Origin: Malacoraja senta
Lineage: Eukaryota
NCBI GenBank assembly: GCA_038087875.1
Contig: CM075989.1
Coordinates: 25,298,001-25,362,000 of the forward strand
DNA length: 64,000 nt
Direction: 5' to 3'
Part shown: positions 48,961 through 61,834 of the stretch, piece by piece
Layout: every line of letters begins with the position of its first letter
Numbering within the stretch: the stretch's first letter is position 1
The notes under the pieces: model-generated
The model's input: the letters and a program-made list of their open reading frames with translations, nothing else
What the model was told of the DNA's origin: nothing
Database searches by the model: none
Program-made: the position numbers and the translations under genes

Positions 48961-49458
48961 CCTAAAACATTTGGCACAGAAACATACCGGCTCCATTGCC
49001 GCCTGTTTACCCGTCAACCCCCCCCCCCCCCCACAATGTGTGAGAGGGAATTGAAATAGAGAGGAGGGCGAATTGAACCCTTCTGATATCATTCATCCTT
49101 CATCTGTTAATTCCCATTGCTCTGTATAATTGGGTGAAGTTATTCTGGGATATGGTGCAAATATGGCCCAAGTGAACAGATCACTCTTCCTGCTCTGAGA
49201 CTTCACCTCCTCACAGAACACTTCAACAGGACAATCTGCAATTAGCTTGATTCAGGTTGTGCATCTACGTCATCTCTGCTTTAGTTCTGTTTTTATTTCA
49301 TTTCTGAAATCTTGCTCATGCATTGGCTTCAGCATTGTCAAACAAGCAATTCTCCAGATGCCAACCTAGCCCCTAAGATTCCTCTTGTTTCTCTGTCTGA
49401 TTCCAGCATTTGCTCTTGCAGGACCCAGTTAAACCTGCAGCGGGTTGTATCTGCTTAC

Positions 49459-49534
49459 CTTAATAGCTTCAACTTCAGGTCCTGTAGGACCTGCTTTCTT
49501 CTTCTCCCCTGACAATCCTGCACCTGGTGTGAAA
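49459..49534 (-). CDS. SNRPA1: U2 snRNP A' exon 7
   Basis: FTPGAGLSGEKKKAGPTGPEVEAIK; 76 nt; donor AAG|GTAAGC. Confidence 0.96.
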
Positions 49535-49856
49535 CTTAAGAACACAGAGAATTTAGTAAATTAAGCTGCCACACAAGATCTTCTCTGGACCTTTAAAGGC
49601 ACAATGTTTAAAAACCAGTGCAGTATCTGATCTTTTCATTAACTGATACATATTACAACTCTGCCCTGAACAGATCATTACTTGAAATAACTTCCCTCAG
49701 AAACACAAATGTGCTGGGAAGGCAGCACTTGCTGAAAAAAACAGCAATTTGGAAGCATTGTTGGTCTTGAATAAAGACATCTCTCTGGTTGATTCTTGCC
49801 CAATTGCAGTGTTTCTGAGGCAAGACATCAAGCCAAGTGTAGTGTCTGTATCTTAC

Positions 49857-49936
49857 GTCTTGGTTTTCTTGGTTATATCCTTGGCAAGCTGCGCCCCACG
49901 TTTGCCTTTAAACATCCGATCCGCTTCCTGACGTTC
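49857..49936 (-). CDS. SNRPA1: U2 snRNP A' exon 6
   Basis: ERQEADRMFKGKRGAQLAKDITKKTK(T); 80 nt; donor GTAAGA. Confidence 0.97.
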
Positions 49937-51959
49937 CTGTGACGATACATCACATCCAGTTACATACAAACTGAACGGCTCATCCCAGCAGTCACATTCT
50001 GCCTACCCACATGTGTTATATGCTATAATAAATTTAAAGATTTGAGAGAACAAAAATAGCAGTAAAATAAAGATTTGATAATCAAAATCCTGAAATGATC
50101 ACTTCAGAAAACTATCGTACCTTAAGAGTGAAATGTATCCTATATCAGGTCCAAGGTAAAGAATCATCAGGCAATTTAAAAAGATAACATCCTGCATGGA
50201 AGGAAGATGACAGCTTTTGGAAGAAGCATCTATCCAGTCGTCATTCAGTCACCCAACCAAAAGCAGCTTCACATTTCCACTTGTCAAAAGGTTTGACTCT
50301 GCGGCAGTTGGAGATGGTTCCAATTGTGGGAGCGTTGTTGATGAGCTTGGTGAACAGAACAGTATGTACCTTGGAACTTCAATATCAGGTGTGGACTGCT
50401 AATGTTATCTGGACTCTCAACGTGAACTGAACTGGTGGCAAGGGCTGATCATAGTTTAACACTGGCCTCTCACCCATGAACAATGGAGCAACACTAACGA
50501 CAGTGACGCACTGAAGAAGTGCTTGAATAAGAATAAAAGCAGAGCAAGACAGAAATCCTCCTGCGCATCTATACCATGTTAACAATAGTTATGTCATCAT
50601 GTATATTATTCAGAGGGCTAGGTAACTATTCAGAGGCATATCCAAGTCCTGACACATCAGCAGAGAAAGACAGACTTGGATTGTTTTCTCTGAAATGCCA
50701 TTGGTACGGTTCGTACACTTTCAAGGTCCAAAAATCCCATTTAAGGACCAAAATCCAGCAAACATTGATGGTTTATCGGACATTCCTCGACTCGACCGCC
50801 CGCAGGCCCGGAGCTCCACCGTTGGATTGTGGAGCCGCCTGACCGACCACCACGAGCAGCAGCAGCAACAACATCCACTGCTTCTCCGCCTTCCCGGCTA
50901 AACCCAGGCCCGGACCACCAAATCTGCCGTGGCTGCCGACCATCACCGCCTCCTGGGGGCCACCACCGACCTCACTGTCTCCCCAGGGCCACTGATGCTG
51001 CTGCCGCCGACCCGTATCTCTACTCCAGAACCTCACGGGCCTCCACCAGCGACTCCGCCGACCTTGGTCTCTCCACCGCCCACCAGTGTGCCGGAGGCAT
51101 CACCTCCCCAGAGTTCCAGGCTCAGCACCAGGCCCAGAACCTCCATGATGCAGACAGCAAGTGGTCTGACTCTGCTGGGTCCTACTGCTCCCCCTCTCCT
51201 ACAGGGGATCCTCAGTAGTAATGGTCTTCCCCTTCCCCCTCTTTTAACCAGGTTACCCCAACCACACACCAACTAGTTAAAATTCCCCGCTGTTCATTGA
51301 AGCTTTTTTTTTTACAGAGGTGCCGGAGCGGCGCTGCACCCCTGGACAAGACACACATTCCTGCTGCTTCAATGTCTTTATTCTCAGCGACAAGGCAGGC
51401 AAGAGAATATGTAAATAGGCGACAAAGACAAACATATCTAACAATGTTTCCCGACTTTTAATAAAAATACACATTATAAACGATGAAAAACCGGCACATT
51501 GCTATGCATGAATGAATACTTTTATCATAAAAAGTGAATTTTCAAAGACTTAAGGACCTATGATAACTCCAAGGAGTTTCAAATTCCAGGCAGGCAGCAT
51601 CTCTGGAGAAAAGGAATAGGTGATGTTTGGGTTTGAGACCCTTCTTTAGACTCTGGGACTGCAACGGTCATCACCATGAGTGGCACTCTGGCAGCAACGT
51701 TGAGCACACTGGCCATCATACAAGGTACAGTTCCCAGACAGTGTAAATCAAGACCTCATCCTCACCAACCTACTTGCTACATAACGTCTGAAACATGACC
51801 ATTGAAACAAGATATCCTTGTGGAGAAACAATCCTGTCTTCACATGACGGTCACCCTTCACTGTATCTTACGCCACTTTTACAATGCAGAACAAGACGGT
51901 CACAGAACGAGGATGACATTCAGGAGTGGACTAGTGCGTCAGTAGCATCGTGTTTCATT

Positions 51960-52452
51960 GTGATAGAGTCAATCATACAGAGTGGAAACTGGTCCTTCAG
52001 CCCAACTTGCCCACACCAGCCAACATGTCCCAGCTACACTAGTCCTACCTGCCTGTGTGTGGCCCATATCCCTCCAAACCCGTCCTATCTATGTGCCTGT
52101 ATAACTGTTTCTTAAACGTTGGGATAGTCCCAGCCTTAACTACCTCCTCTGGCAGCGCATTCCATACACCCATCACCCTTTGTGTAAAAATGTTACCCCT
52201 CAGATTCCTATTAAATATTTTCCCCTTCACATTAAACCTATGTCCTCTGGTCCTAGATTCACCTACTCTGAGCAAGAGACTCTGTGCATCTACCCGACCT
52301 TTTCCTCTGATGATTTTGTGCACCTCTATAAGATCACCCTTTATCTTCCTGCGCTCCAAGCAATAGAATCCCAGCCTACGCAACCTCTCCCCATAGCTCA
52401 GACCCTCGAATCTTGGCAACAACCTCGTAAATCTCTGTACCTTTTCCAGCTC
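51960..52452 (-). mobile_element. CR1 3' fragment
   Basis: GLSYGERLRRLGFYCLERRKIKGDLIEVHK...FTQRVMGVWNALP. Confidence 0.88.
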
Positions 52453-52689
52453 GATCTGAAACCAGGTGACCTAACATCCCTCAACACGCTGGAACAAGCA
52501 TAAATCTGATTCAATAAGTCAGGAGAGCTTGCTGGAAGCAGCCCTAAACATACCACACAAAAGTTCAGGAACTACATAATAAAAACTTCATTTCATTTAA
52601 AGGGATCCCATATCATATTTCAGGATACAAAGCTAGACAGTACTAAAACTGGTACCAAAATGCCCTGCAGCAGCAGGCCCAAACCATAC

Positions 52690-52792
52690 CTTCAGCTTGA
52701 CCTTCTGGAAATCCAGAACTCTGATCTGTGGAGCTTTGTGGATCACATAGAGGCGATAATGCTTCTTACTTGTTACAGGATTTCTCAGGAGG
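52690..52792 (-). CDS. SNRPA1: U2 snRNP A' exon 5
   Basis: LLRNPVTSKKHYRLYVIHKAPQIRVLDFQKVKLK; 103 nt. Confidence 0.97.
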
Positions 52793-54051
52793 CTGCAAAA
52801 TCAACGTTCATAATTCAAATGCATTTGACCAAACTGAAAATCTCAGTAAGAGTCTGAATGTCAGCGAATGGAAGAAAAGGAGAAGATAAAGGTCAGGATG
52901 GAATAGAACAAGTTAATGGCTTGGCTCAGACAAGGTGCACCATGGGATGGCTGGCAGGCTGCAGAAATAAAACTAGGAAGATGCACAAGGCAGGGTGCAG
53001 TAGGAAGTTTACATAACTGAATACTCATTATGCAAGTTACTACTGATGCCTGTGTTAAAACTGGTTGCCATCAGGTCATCAGAATTCTGCAGGCCTTGGT
53101 GATCCAAGCAGAATGTTGGCCAGTCAAGTGTGAATGTAAGTAGTGTTACACTACCACCTGCTGGCAGCAATCATCTCAGGGTTTCAGGTTAAATTCATGG
53201 TCACAAGGCCACAGGAAAGTGGAACAACCCATGTCCTCTTCCTCTTACAAAAGGCCATACCATTTATTAATTTCCAACGCCAGCAATTTGTATATTACAC
53301 TCAAGGTTTATCAGCATCTGACTGAAAGTGAGGTTTAAAACAGCTAGAAAAATATTCTTATATTTATGGGCGATCTTCTCCAGTCATATCAAGGCATGCA
53401 AATGATAAATTGAACACCCAACCAATTAAATACAAATAAACAAGCCACTACATTAAAGATCGAAGTTGACACATGACAAGGTGAGGAATTGTACTTTGGA
53501 CGGAGAAGGCACAAGCAGTACTTACAAGCTGTGCACATTTTTATTCCCAATAGCACAGGCAAACAGCCAGTAACATATTCATGAACAGCAAATCAGAAAC
53601 AGCTTCAAGATGCTCCCTTAAACATTTCGAAAATATTAGCAGCCAGTAAGACCTCGTTAAGAGAAAACATGCAATCAGAAAATGGCAGGTATATAGTAAA
53701 ACACACTGTCCCTCCAGAAGCAGAGTCTAGGGCCAGAGGGCACAGCCACAGAATAAGAGGATATACCTTTAGAAAGAAGAGGAGGAATTTCTTTAGCCAG
53801 AGGGTGAAACTGTGGCATTAGTTGCTAGAGACAGCTGTGGAAGCCAAGTCATTGCGTATTTTTTAAATTGGAGATTGATGGGTTATTGATTAGGAAGAGT
53901 GTCAATTACAGATAGGAGGGAGAAGGGTTGAGGTGGAAAAATAGATCAGCATGATCGAATGGCAAGGCAGACTTGATGGGCTGAATGGCCTCATTCTGTC
54001 TTTTGACCACAAAAATAAGGCAAAATCTTAACATTAATGTAGTGAACATAC

Positions 54052-54098
54052 CTCAGAAATGCAAGCGACTTGATTGTTGAAAGTGTATCCAGATCGCC
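54052..54098 (-). CDS. SNRPA1: U2 snRNP A' exon 4
   Basis: GDLDTLSTIKSLAFL(S); 47 nt; AG and GTATGT boundaries. Confidence 0.95.
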
Positions 54099-55384
54099 CT
54101 ACGGAGGAAGATGGAAGGCTAGCATGAACTCGGCCAAAGGAACGGCTGCAGTATTTTTTATTACAGGCCAAGGGAAATTGACAGCACACACCCAACCAAA
54201 GTTAAGCCAACTGAATACTTACAGGAACAGGACAAGACATGAAGACACCAACCATAGAGGCTAGCGAGGATGATCTGTGAACTAACTCCAGTACTTGTCT
54301 AGGTTCTCTAAACCAACCCAATAATCTGCCAATACCAAGGGGTATTTGGGAAGAAGGTTAGGTGGTGTACACTACCCATGACAGTGCACAATTCCCACTG
54401 TGGGCTCACCAATGGATTGGCTGGTTACAACACAACTTTCTAGCCCCCTCCAAAAAAAATTCCACTGATCAGTTACATTCTTGCATCTATCCTTACTTAA
54501 AACTTTGATAATTCAATCTTTGATAATGACCACAAACTATTCTGAATCCAAGTAGCCTGCAGGAGGATCACCAATTACATTTCTCCACAGATGCTGCCTG
54601 ACCCGCTGAGTGACTCCAGCACTCTGTGAAACGTCACCTATCCATGTTCTCCAGAGATGCTGCCTGACCCGCTGAGTTACTCCAGCACTATGTGAATCGT
54701 CACCTATCCATGTTCTCCAGAGATGCTGCCTGAGCCGCTGAGTTACTTGGCAGAAGCTCTCAGGCTGCTAACGAACCTCACTCTCGGGCACCATGGAACA
54801 TTTGGGTCACCACACACCTCTACACAACAGCATTACTATTTGGGAATGGAAATGAGAGGCTGGTCGCAGCATTCTACACAGGCTGCAAGGATAATTTGAG
54901 TTCTCACAGGTGCTGATAAAATCTACTGAGTGCTTGCAGAATTGTGTATTATTTATTATTAATCCGTTGATATTTCAGCATCCATGATATAATCCTGTTG
55001 ACCCACTTATTCTGATATTTATCTTTCACTGGGACCTGTGTCATTTGCTTTACATTATATGATAACTTGCTCCATGTTTCCTTTTTTGCTGTTCGCATTG
55101 GTATTTAATCCTTTCAAACTTGTGCTTGTCCATGTTCTGCCACCTGCTGTCATGCACTCAGCTTGTTATGCTTTCTGTGTCTGCTTGGGGCTTACTAATA
55201 TTCGAGCTGACAAGTGACAATGCCACAACTTAACCGAGTGCCATAACACACTTCAATTACCACAACTTTCACCATCAAAACATTTCAAGGGAAGTTTGAA
55301 ATCACTGAACTCAGGGAAGATTGAGACTGGCTGCCCACGGCTAAAAACAACATTTTTGCAGGTTCAAAAGTTTCTTCAACTCAC

Positions 55385-55463
55385 CAGTTCCTGCAGGTTG
55401 TTGTTGGTGAGAACCAATTCCCGCAGGTTCGGCAGCGCCTGTTCAAGGCCTTCACCGATGCGA
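55385..55463 (-). CDS. SNRPA1: U2 snRNP A' exon 3
   Basis: RIGEGLEQALPNLRELVLTNNNLQEL; 79 nt; AG and GTGAGT boundaries. Confidence 0.97.
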
Positions 55464-56114
55464 CTGAAACAAAATCATTTCGCAGATTATTGAATCCTGC
55501 ATAGGGATACCTACTGGTCACGACTTATGAACCACAAACAAATCATTGAACCAAACACTATCGAGTACAGAAAACTACTTCACTGCAGACACTGTCCAGG
55601 GTGACAATGCAATACAATGGTGCGTTAGTCTCACATGTGCAAAACACAGTTAAATTCAGAGTTGCCAGATTTGGCACAATTTCCAAAGGTCCGTGCGCCC
55701 GATCCAGGCTGCTGCTGGGCCTCTAGCCGTCACCTATGTCTTGATTGTCCCTCTCCTTGCCCGGCCACCCGTCTGCTCTGAGAACACCTCCCGCAGCCAA
55801 CCTTGAGGGAGCGCAAGGTACAACCCCCGGTCCACCAGCCTTGCTCCTCATGGCCGCCGTTGCCAGATCCCTCCTCTCGCTCGGTTCCCTGATCTTTGGA
55901 GGATGAGCAGGGTCGGGGCATGACGGCTTCCTCCCTCCTCTAGGCCATGGCCCACCGCCATCCTTCTGTAAAGTGGAACGGCAGCCGACAACTACACCAG
56001 CATCTCTACTTCCTCCCCCCCCCCCACCCACATATATGGCATGCTGCCTCAGGAAAGCGGCCAACATAATCAGACCACTCATAACATACGTTTTTCTTTC
56101 TTCTCTCTCCTAGG

Positions 56115-56965
56115 CATAGAGTGATACAGTGCGGAAACAGGCCCTTTGGCCCAACTGGCCCACACCAGCCAACATGTCCCATCTACACCCATCCCATCTG
56201 CCAGGGTTTGGTCCAAATCCCTCCAAACCTGTCCTATTCTTGTTCCTGTCTGTTTCTTAAACGTTGGGATAGTCCCTGCCTCATCTGGCAGCTCGTTCCA
56301 TACACCCACTATCCTTTGTGTGAAAAAGTTACCCCTCAGATTCCTATTAATTCTTTTCCCCTTCACCCTAAATCTATGTCCCCTGGCCCACGATTCACCT
56401 ACTCTGGGCAAGAGACTCTATGCATCTACCCGATCTATTCCTCTCATGATTTTATACACCTCTATAAGATCACCCCTCATCCTCCTGTGCTCCAAAGAAT
56501 AGAGTTCCAGCCTACCCAACCTCTCCCTATAGCTCACACCCTCTAGCCCTGGCAACATCCTCGTAAATCCTCTCTGTACCCATTCCAGCTTGGCATCTTT
56601 TCTTTAAATTGGTGCCCAGAACTGACATCTTATATAACTGCAACAAGACCTCCAAACTCATATACTCAATACTCTGACTGATGAAGGTTAATGTGCCAGA
56701 CGTCTTTTTGACCACCCGATGTGCCTGCGACTTCACCATCAAGGAACCATGCACCTGCACGCCTAGATCCCTCTGCTCTACAACACTCCCCAGAGCCCTA
56801 TCATTCACTGTGTAGGTCTGGCTCATGTTATACTTCCCAAAATGCAACACCTTACATTTCTCTGTATAAAATTCCATCAACCATTCCTCCGCCCACCTGG
56901 CCAATCGATCAATATCCTGCTGCAATTTTTCACAACCACCTTCACTATCTGCAAAACCACCCACT
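56115..56965 (-). mobile_element. CR1 fragment (RT end to tail)
   Basis: LQQDIDRLARWAEEWLMEF...KCKVLHFG...QRDLGVQVH and tail. Confidence 0.88.
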
Positions 56966-57264
56966 TTTGTGTTATTCGAACCCGGGTCTACAGCACTGAA
57001 AGGCAGCAACTCGACCACTGCATCACCGTGCCACTTTGCTCCTTAGTTCCAGAAACTCCTCCAGGAATACACTTATTCCCAGCTACCTATACCTGTCCTT
57101 GCTTCCTTCTTATTCTTGCCCAATGCCCCAATTTCGCTCGTCAGCCAATTTCCTTACGTTTGCCTGCCTTGCCCTTCACTCTAATAGGGACGTGCATATC
57201 TTGAGCTTTTGTAAAAAACAGCTTCTTCCCCACTCCTGAACAGACATTTCATATGCTATGGATG

Positions 57265-58118
57265 TATGGGAGTGGGCAGAGGAGTGGCAGATGGAATATA
57301 GTGCAGCAAAGTATGGAGTCATGCATTTTAGTAGTAGGGCATAAACTATTTTCTAAATGGGGGGAGAATCCAGAAATCGGAGGTGCAAAGGGACTTGGGA
57401 GTGCTGGTGCAGGATTCCCCAAAATTTAATCTGTAAGTCAAATCGATAGTAAAGAAAGCAAACGCAATGCTAGCATTTATTTCAAGGGGGCTAGAATACA
57501 AAAACAGGGATGCAATGCTGAGGCTCTACAAGGCACTGGTCAGGCCGCAATTAGATGTGTTGTGAGCAATTTTAGGCACCATATCTGAGGAACGATGTAT
57601 TGGCCCTGGAAAGGGTCCAGAGGTTTACAAGAATGATCCCAGGAATGAGTGGGTTAACAAGTGATAAGCATTTGATGGTAGCCTGTACTCTCTGGAGTTT
57701 AGAATAATGAGGGGGGGACCTAATTGAAACATACCGAATTGTGAAAGGCTTGTATAGAGTGGATGTGGAGAGGATGTTTGCACTAGTGGAAGACTCTAGG
57801 ACTAGAAGACCAAGGCAAATTCCTTGTATGTGAATACTTGGCCAATAAACTTATTCATTCATTGCCTCAGAATTAAAGGATGTTCCTTTAGGAAGGAGAT
57901 GAGAAGGAATTTCTTCAGTCAGAGGGTGATGACCCTGTGGAATTCTTTGCCATCAAAGGATGTGGAGACCAAGTCAATTGATATTTTAAAACATAGATAT
58001 TCTTGATTAGTACAGGTATCAGGGGTTATGGGTAGAAGGCAGGAGAAATTGGGGTTAGAAGAGAGAGATGATTGAATGGCAGAATAGACTTGATCGGCCG
58101 AATGGCCTAATTCTGCTA
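57265..58118 (+). mobile_element. Decayed CR1 fragment
   Basis: Collinear with 14880-15720. Confidence 0.85.
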
Positions 58119-59578
58119 TCAGTTCAGTTTTATTTGTCATATGTAGGTTAACACAGGGTCAACGGTACAATGAAATGTGTTTGACAAGACAACGGGACAG
58201 CTCAGCAATTATATTACAAGGAGAAAAATAAGATTTAAAAAGAGAAGATAAAAGTGAGATTGGTAGGTAAAAGACAATAATAAATAAAAAATAAAATAAT
58301 CAGCATATATAATGTGTTTATGAGTTCAGAAGCCTGATGGCATGACGATAAAAACTGTTCTTAAGTCTGGTGGTGCGTGCAGCCCTGCTCCTGTATCGTC
58401 TGCCTGACGGTAACAAGGAGAACAGTCTGGGTGCTGGGTGGCTGTGGTCCTTGATGATGCTGTGTGCCTTCCGCAGGCACCGCCGGTGGAAAATGTCCTG
58501 AATGGCCGGGAGACAGTTGCCAGTGATGTGCTGTGCCGCCTTCACCACTCTCCGTAGTGATTTGCGGCTCTGGGCAGAACAGTTCCCGTACCAGACTGTG
58601 ATGCAGCCTGTCAGCAGACTCTCGATGGTGCAACTGTTGAAGTTTGTGAGGATGCTGGTGTTCATGCCAAACTTCCTCAGTGTTCTCAGGAAAAAGAGCC
58701 GCTGGCGGGCTTTCTTTGTTATTGTGTCCGTGTGCAGTGTCCAAGAGAGGTCCTCAGTGATGTGCACACCGAGGAACTTGAAGTTGCTGACCCTTTCAAC
58801 CTCAGCATCACCGATGTGGATGAGGAGGTGTCCACTCCCCTGCTGTCTCCTGTAGTCCACAATCAACTCTTTAGTTTTGCTGACATTGAGAGGTTATTTT
58901 CCTGGCACCAGCTGTTTAGTGCCTTTACCTCCTCTCTATAGGCTGTCTCATTATTGTCTGTGATGAGGCCCAGGATGGTTGTGTCGTCAGCAAACTTTAA
59001 GATGTTGGAGCTGTGCTTAGCAGTACAGTCGTGCGTGAACAGGGAGTACAGGAGAGGACTGAGCACACAGCCCTGTGGTGCGCCTGTGTTGAGGATCAGT
59101 GAGGAAGAGGTGTGGCTGCCAATTCTCACCACCTGGGGCCTGCCCGTCAGGAAGTCGAATATCCAGCCACAGATGGAGGTCTCCAGTCCAAGATCAAGGA
59201 GCTTGGGGACGAGTTTTGAGGGAATGATAGTGTTGAATGCCGAGCTGTAGTCAATGAAGAGCATTCTCACATATGTATTCCCTTTGTCCAGGTGGGTGAG
59301 CGCAGTGAGTTGCCATGGCGATGGCATCGTCGGTGGCCCTGTTTGGTCTATACGCAAACTGAAGTGGGTCCAAAGTGTCAGGGAGAGAGGATCAGATGTG
59401 AGTTTTGACTAGCCGCTCGAAGCACTTCATGATGACTGATGTCAGTGCGACAGGACGGTTGTCTTTTAAACAGGAGATTAATGGTTTCTTTGGAACAGGA
59501 ACAATGATGGATGCTTTGAAGGGGGTGGGAACCACAGACTGACTCAGGGAGAGGTTAAAGATGTTGGTGAACACCTGA
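58119..59578 (-). mobile_element. Rex1/Babar-type LINE, 5'-truncated and frameshifted
   Basis: [78 protein letters not shown] over three frames. Older pieces at about 26950-27340 (-) and 31650-31950 (+). Confidence 0.9.
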
Positions 59579-59846
59579 CCTTATTCCTAATCTACCTCTT
59601 GCAACCCTTGTATTTAACATGTCGGGACTTTCTGCAATTTCAACACTATATTCTGTCTATTTTCTCTTTGCAGTACCTGATGGCATGACTTGTCCGGAGA
59701 ATAGAAAATCAAAGTCTAGCACAGTATCTCAGTGCATGTGACCATAATAAACCGACCTTTCACTAAACCATTGTACCAAATATCTTCAGTCAAATATGTA
59801 CCAGCCTTCCAGCACCGGGAGGGGGAGGGGGAGGGGGGGGACTCAC

Positions 59847-59994
59847 CAGATCCGGTTATTGTTCAACAGGAGACTTTTCAGTCTCCGCAGCAATGGAAAG
59901 CCATCCAATTTCCGTATTTCATTGTCCGAGAAGTCAATGGAGTCGAATTGATCCAGTGTCGCCCCCAAATTCTCCACAACCGGAATCTTATATC
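59847..59994 (-). CDS. SNRPA1: U2 snRNP A' exon 2
   Basis: GYKIPVVENLGATLDQFDSIDFSDNEIRKLDGFPLLRRLKSLLLNNNRI(C); 148 nt; donor GTGAGT. Confidence 0.97.
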
Positions 59995-60235
59995 CTGCAA
60001 CAATAAAAAAATATGTGTCCCATTATTCTGGCAGCGAAACAAAACAAATCCGTCTCGCCTTCAGCTGGGAGCGGGAACTCGGCGGCTGAGGGGCGTGAGG
60101 TCGGCGCCGGGGAAACGATCCTTGGCCTGAGGGGTGGAGGAGGAAGGACGGGGCCCGGGTGGGTGGGGGGGGGGGGTGGGGTACGAGGCCCGGGAGGAGG
60201 GGGGACGGGGCACAGGCAGATACTTCGGGCCTCAC

Positions 60236-60317
60236 CGCGAAGGTCCAGTTCCCGGTCCCGCACGGCGTTGGTGAACTGCGCCGCCAACTCGATCAGCTCC
60301 GCCGTCAGCTTCACCAT
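60236..60317 (-). CDS. SNRPA1: U2 snRNP A' exon 1
   Basis: MVKLTAELIELAAQFTNAVRDRELDLR; 82 nt; donor GCG|GTGAGG. Confidence 0.97.
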
Positions 60318-60377
60318 GCTGCCGCGATCCCACAATGCTCCGCACGCCAGCACTTCCGCGAGATCGCGGGGCCATCG

Positions 60378-61340
60378 ACCTCACTCCCATCATTCCACGG
60401 GGGATACTTTCACTCCCATGATACCTCAGGGTCCGGACCTCACTCCCATGATACCTCAGGGTCCGGACCTCACTCCCATGATACCTCAGGGTCCGGACCT
60501 CACTCCCATGATACCTCAGGGTCCGGACCTCACTCCCATGATACCTCAGGGTCCGGACCTCACTCCCATGATACCTCAGGGTCCGGACCTCACTCCCATG
60601 ATCCCTCAGGGGGCGGACCTCACTCCCATGATGTCTGAGAGACCAGGACCACACACTCATGATTACTCAGGGCCAAGACCTCACTACCAGGGTGCCGCAG
60701 GGCCCCGGCCCTCACTTGCATGATGCCTCAGGATCTTGGCCTTCCCTCCCACGATGCCTGAGACCTGGACCTCACTCCCATGATGCCACCGGGCTTGGAC
60801 CTCACTCCCATGATACCTCAGGGCCCAGACCTCACACCCAGGATGCATCGAAGGCCCAGCCTTCATTCCCATGATGCCTCAGGGGCCAGGACCTCACTCC
60901 CATAATGCCTCAGAGACCTGGAACTCACAACCATGATTCCTCAGGGACTTAAAACTCATTCCCGGGATGTCCCAGTAGCCCGGACCTCACTCCCATGATG
61001 CGACCGGGCTCGGACCTCACTCCCATGATGCCTCGCTCCGATGATGCCTCAGGGAGTCAGACCTCATTCCCATGAGTCTGAAGAAGGGTTTCGGCCCGAA
61101 ACGTTGCCTATTTCCTTCGCTCCATAGATGCTGCTGCACCCGCTGAGTTTCTCCAGCATTTTTGTGTACCCTCATTCCCATGATGCGTTTGGGGCCCGGA
61201 CCTCACTCCCAGGATGCCTCTGGGGCCCGGACCTTGCACCATGAAGCCTCAGTGAGTCAGACCTCATTCCCATGATGCCGCAGTGGGTCAGACCTCACTC
61301 CCATGATGCGTTTGGGGCCCGGACCTCACTCCCAGGATGC
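60378..61340. repeat. 30-bp minisatellite immediately upstream of SNRPA1
   Basis: Unit cactcccatgatacctcagggtccggacct, near-perfect over 60411-60630, diverging beyond. Confidence 0.95.
61074..61109 (+). ncRNA. Minimal type I hammerhead ribozyme-like core in a Penelope-derived element
   Basis: gagu-CUGAAGA-a-GGGU(UUCG)GCCC-GAAAC-GUU-gccu: catalytic boxes and stem II present, stem I weak, stem III minimal. Confidence 0.6.
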
Positions 61341-61379
61341 CGCAGGAACCGGCGTGAGCTGAGGCCGGGCCGCAACCTC

Positions 61380-61834
61380 AAAGGCCTGTCTCACGAGTCT
61401 GCGGTCATTGGCGGTGAAACAGGAAGAATCTACCGCTCCTGGGCCGCCATAGACCGCGCACTCGGTCAAACGCACAATTCCGGGGCCGTGCGGCATTGTT
61501 CCCAACACCGCACGGTGCTAAAATAAAACCAACACTGTTCAAAAAACGTTTCCTACCGCACAGCCTCCGCCAGTGAGGCACGTGTGCGGCACGGCCGCCG
61601 CCACAGCGCCGCGATCAGCACGGCCACCGCCACAGCCCCGCAGATCCTAAATGACGTCATCGCAGTCGGCCCGCCCTTTTTTTTTAACTTACCGCAAGCT
61701 CGTGGGACCAGCCGTACTTAATCACTCGGCCCCCGCGCAGCACCCGTGCGGCGCTCCCGTGGCATAGGCTCGGCGCTCTCGCCATTGCCGCGCTTCACCG
61801 CCGATGACCGCAACACCGTGAGACAGAGCCTTTA
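61380..61834. mobile_element. Harbinger-like MITE (CpG-rich)
   Basis: Imperfect 38-bp inverted ends aaggcctgtctcacgagtctgcggtcattggcggtgaa and ttcaccgccgatgaccgcaacaccgtgagacagagcctt. Confidence 0.65.

Noticed and set aside
60013..60723. 236-aa ORF with TPMIPQGPDL repeats; CRISPR-like appearance
   Set aside because: A 30-bp tandem unit keeps frames open; no unique spacers, no cas genes, eukaryotic context
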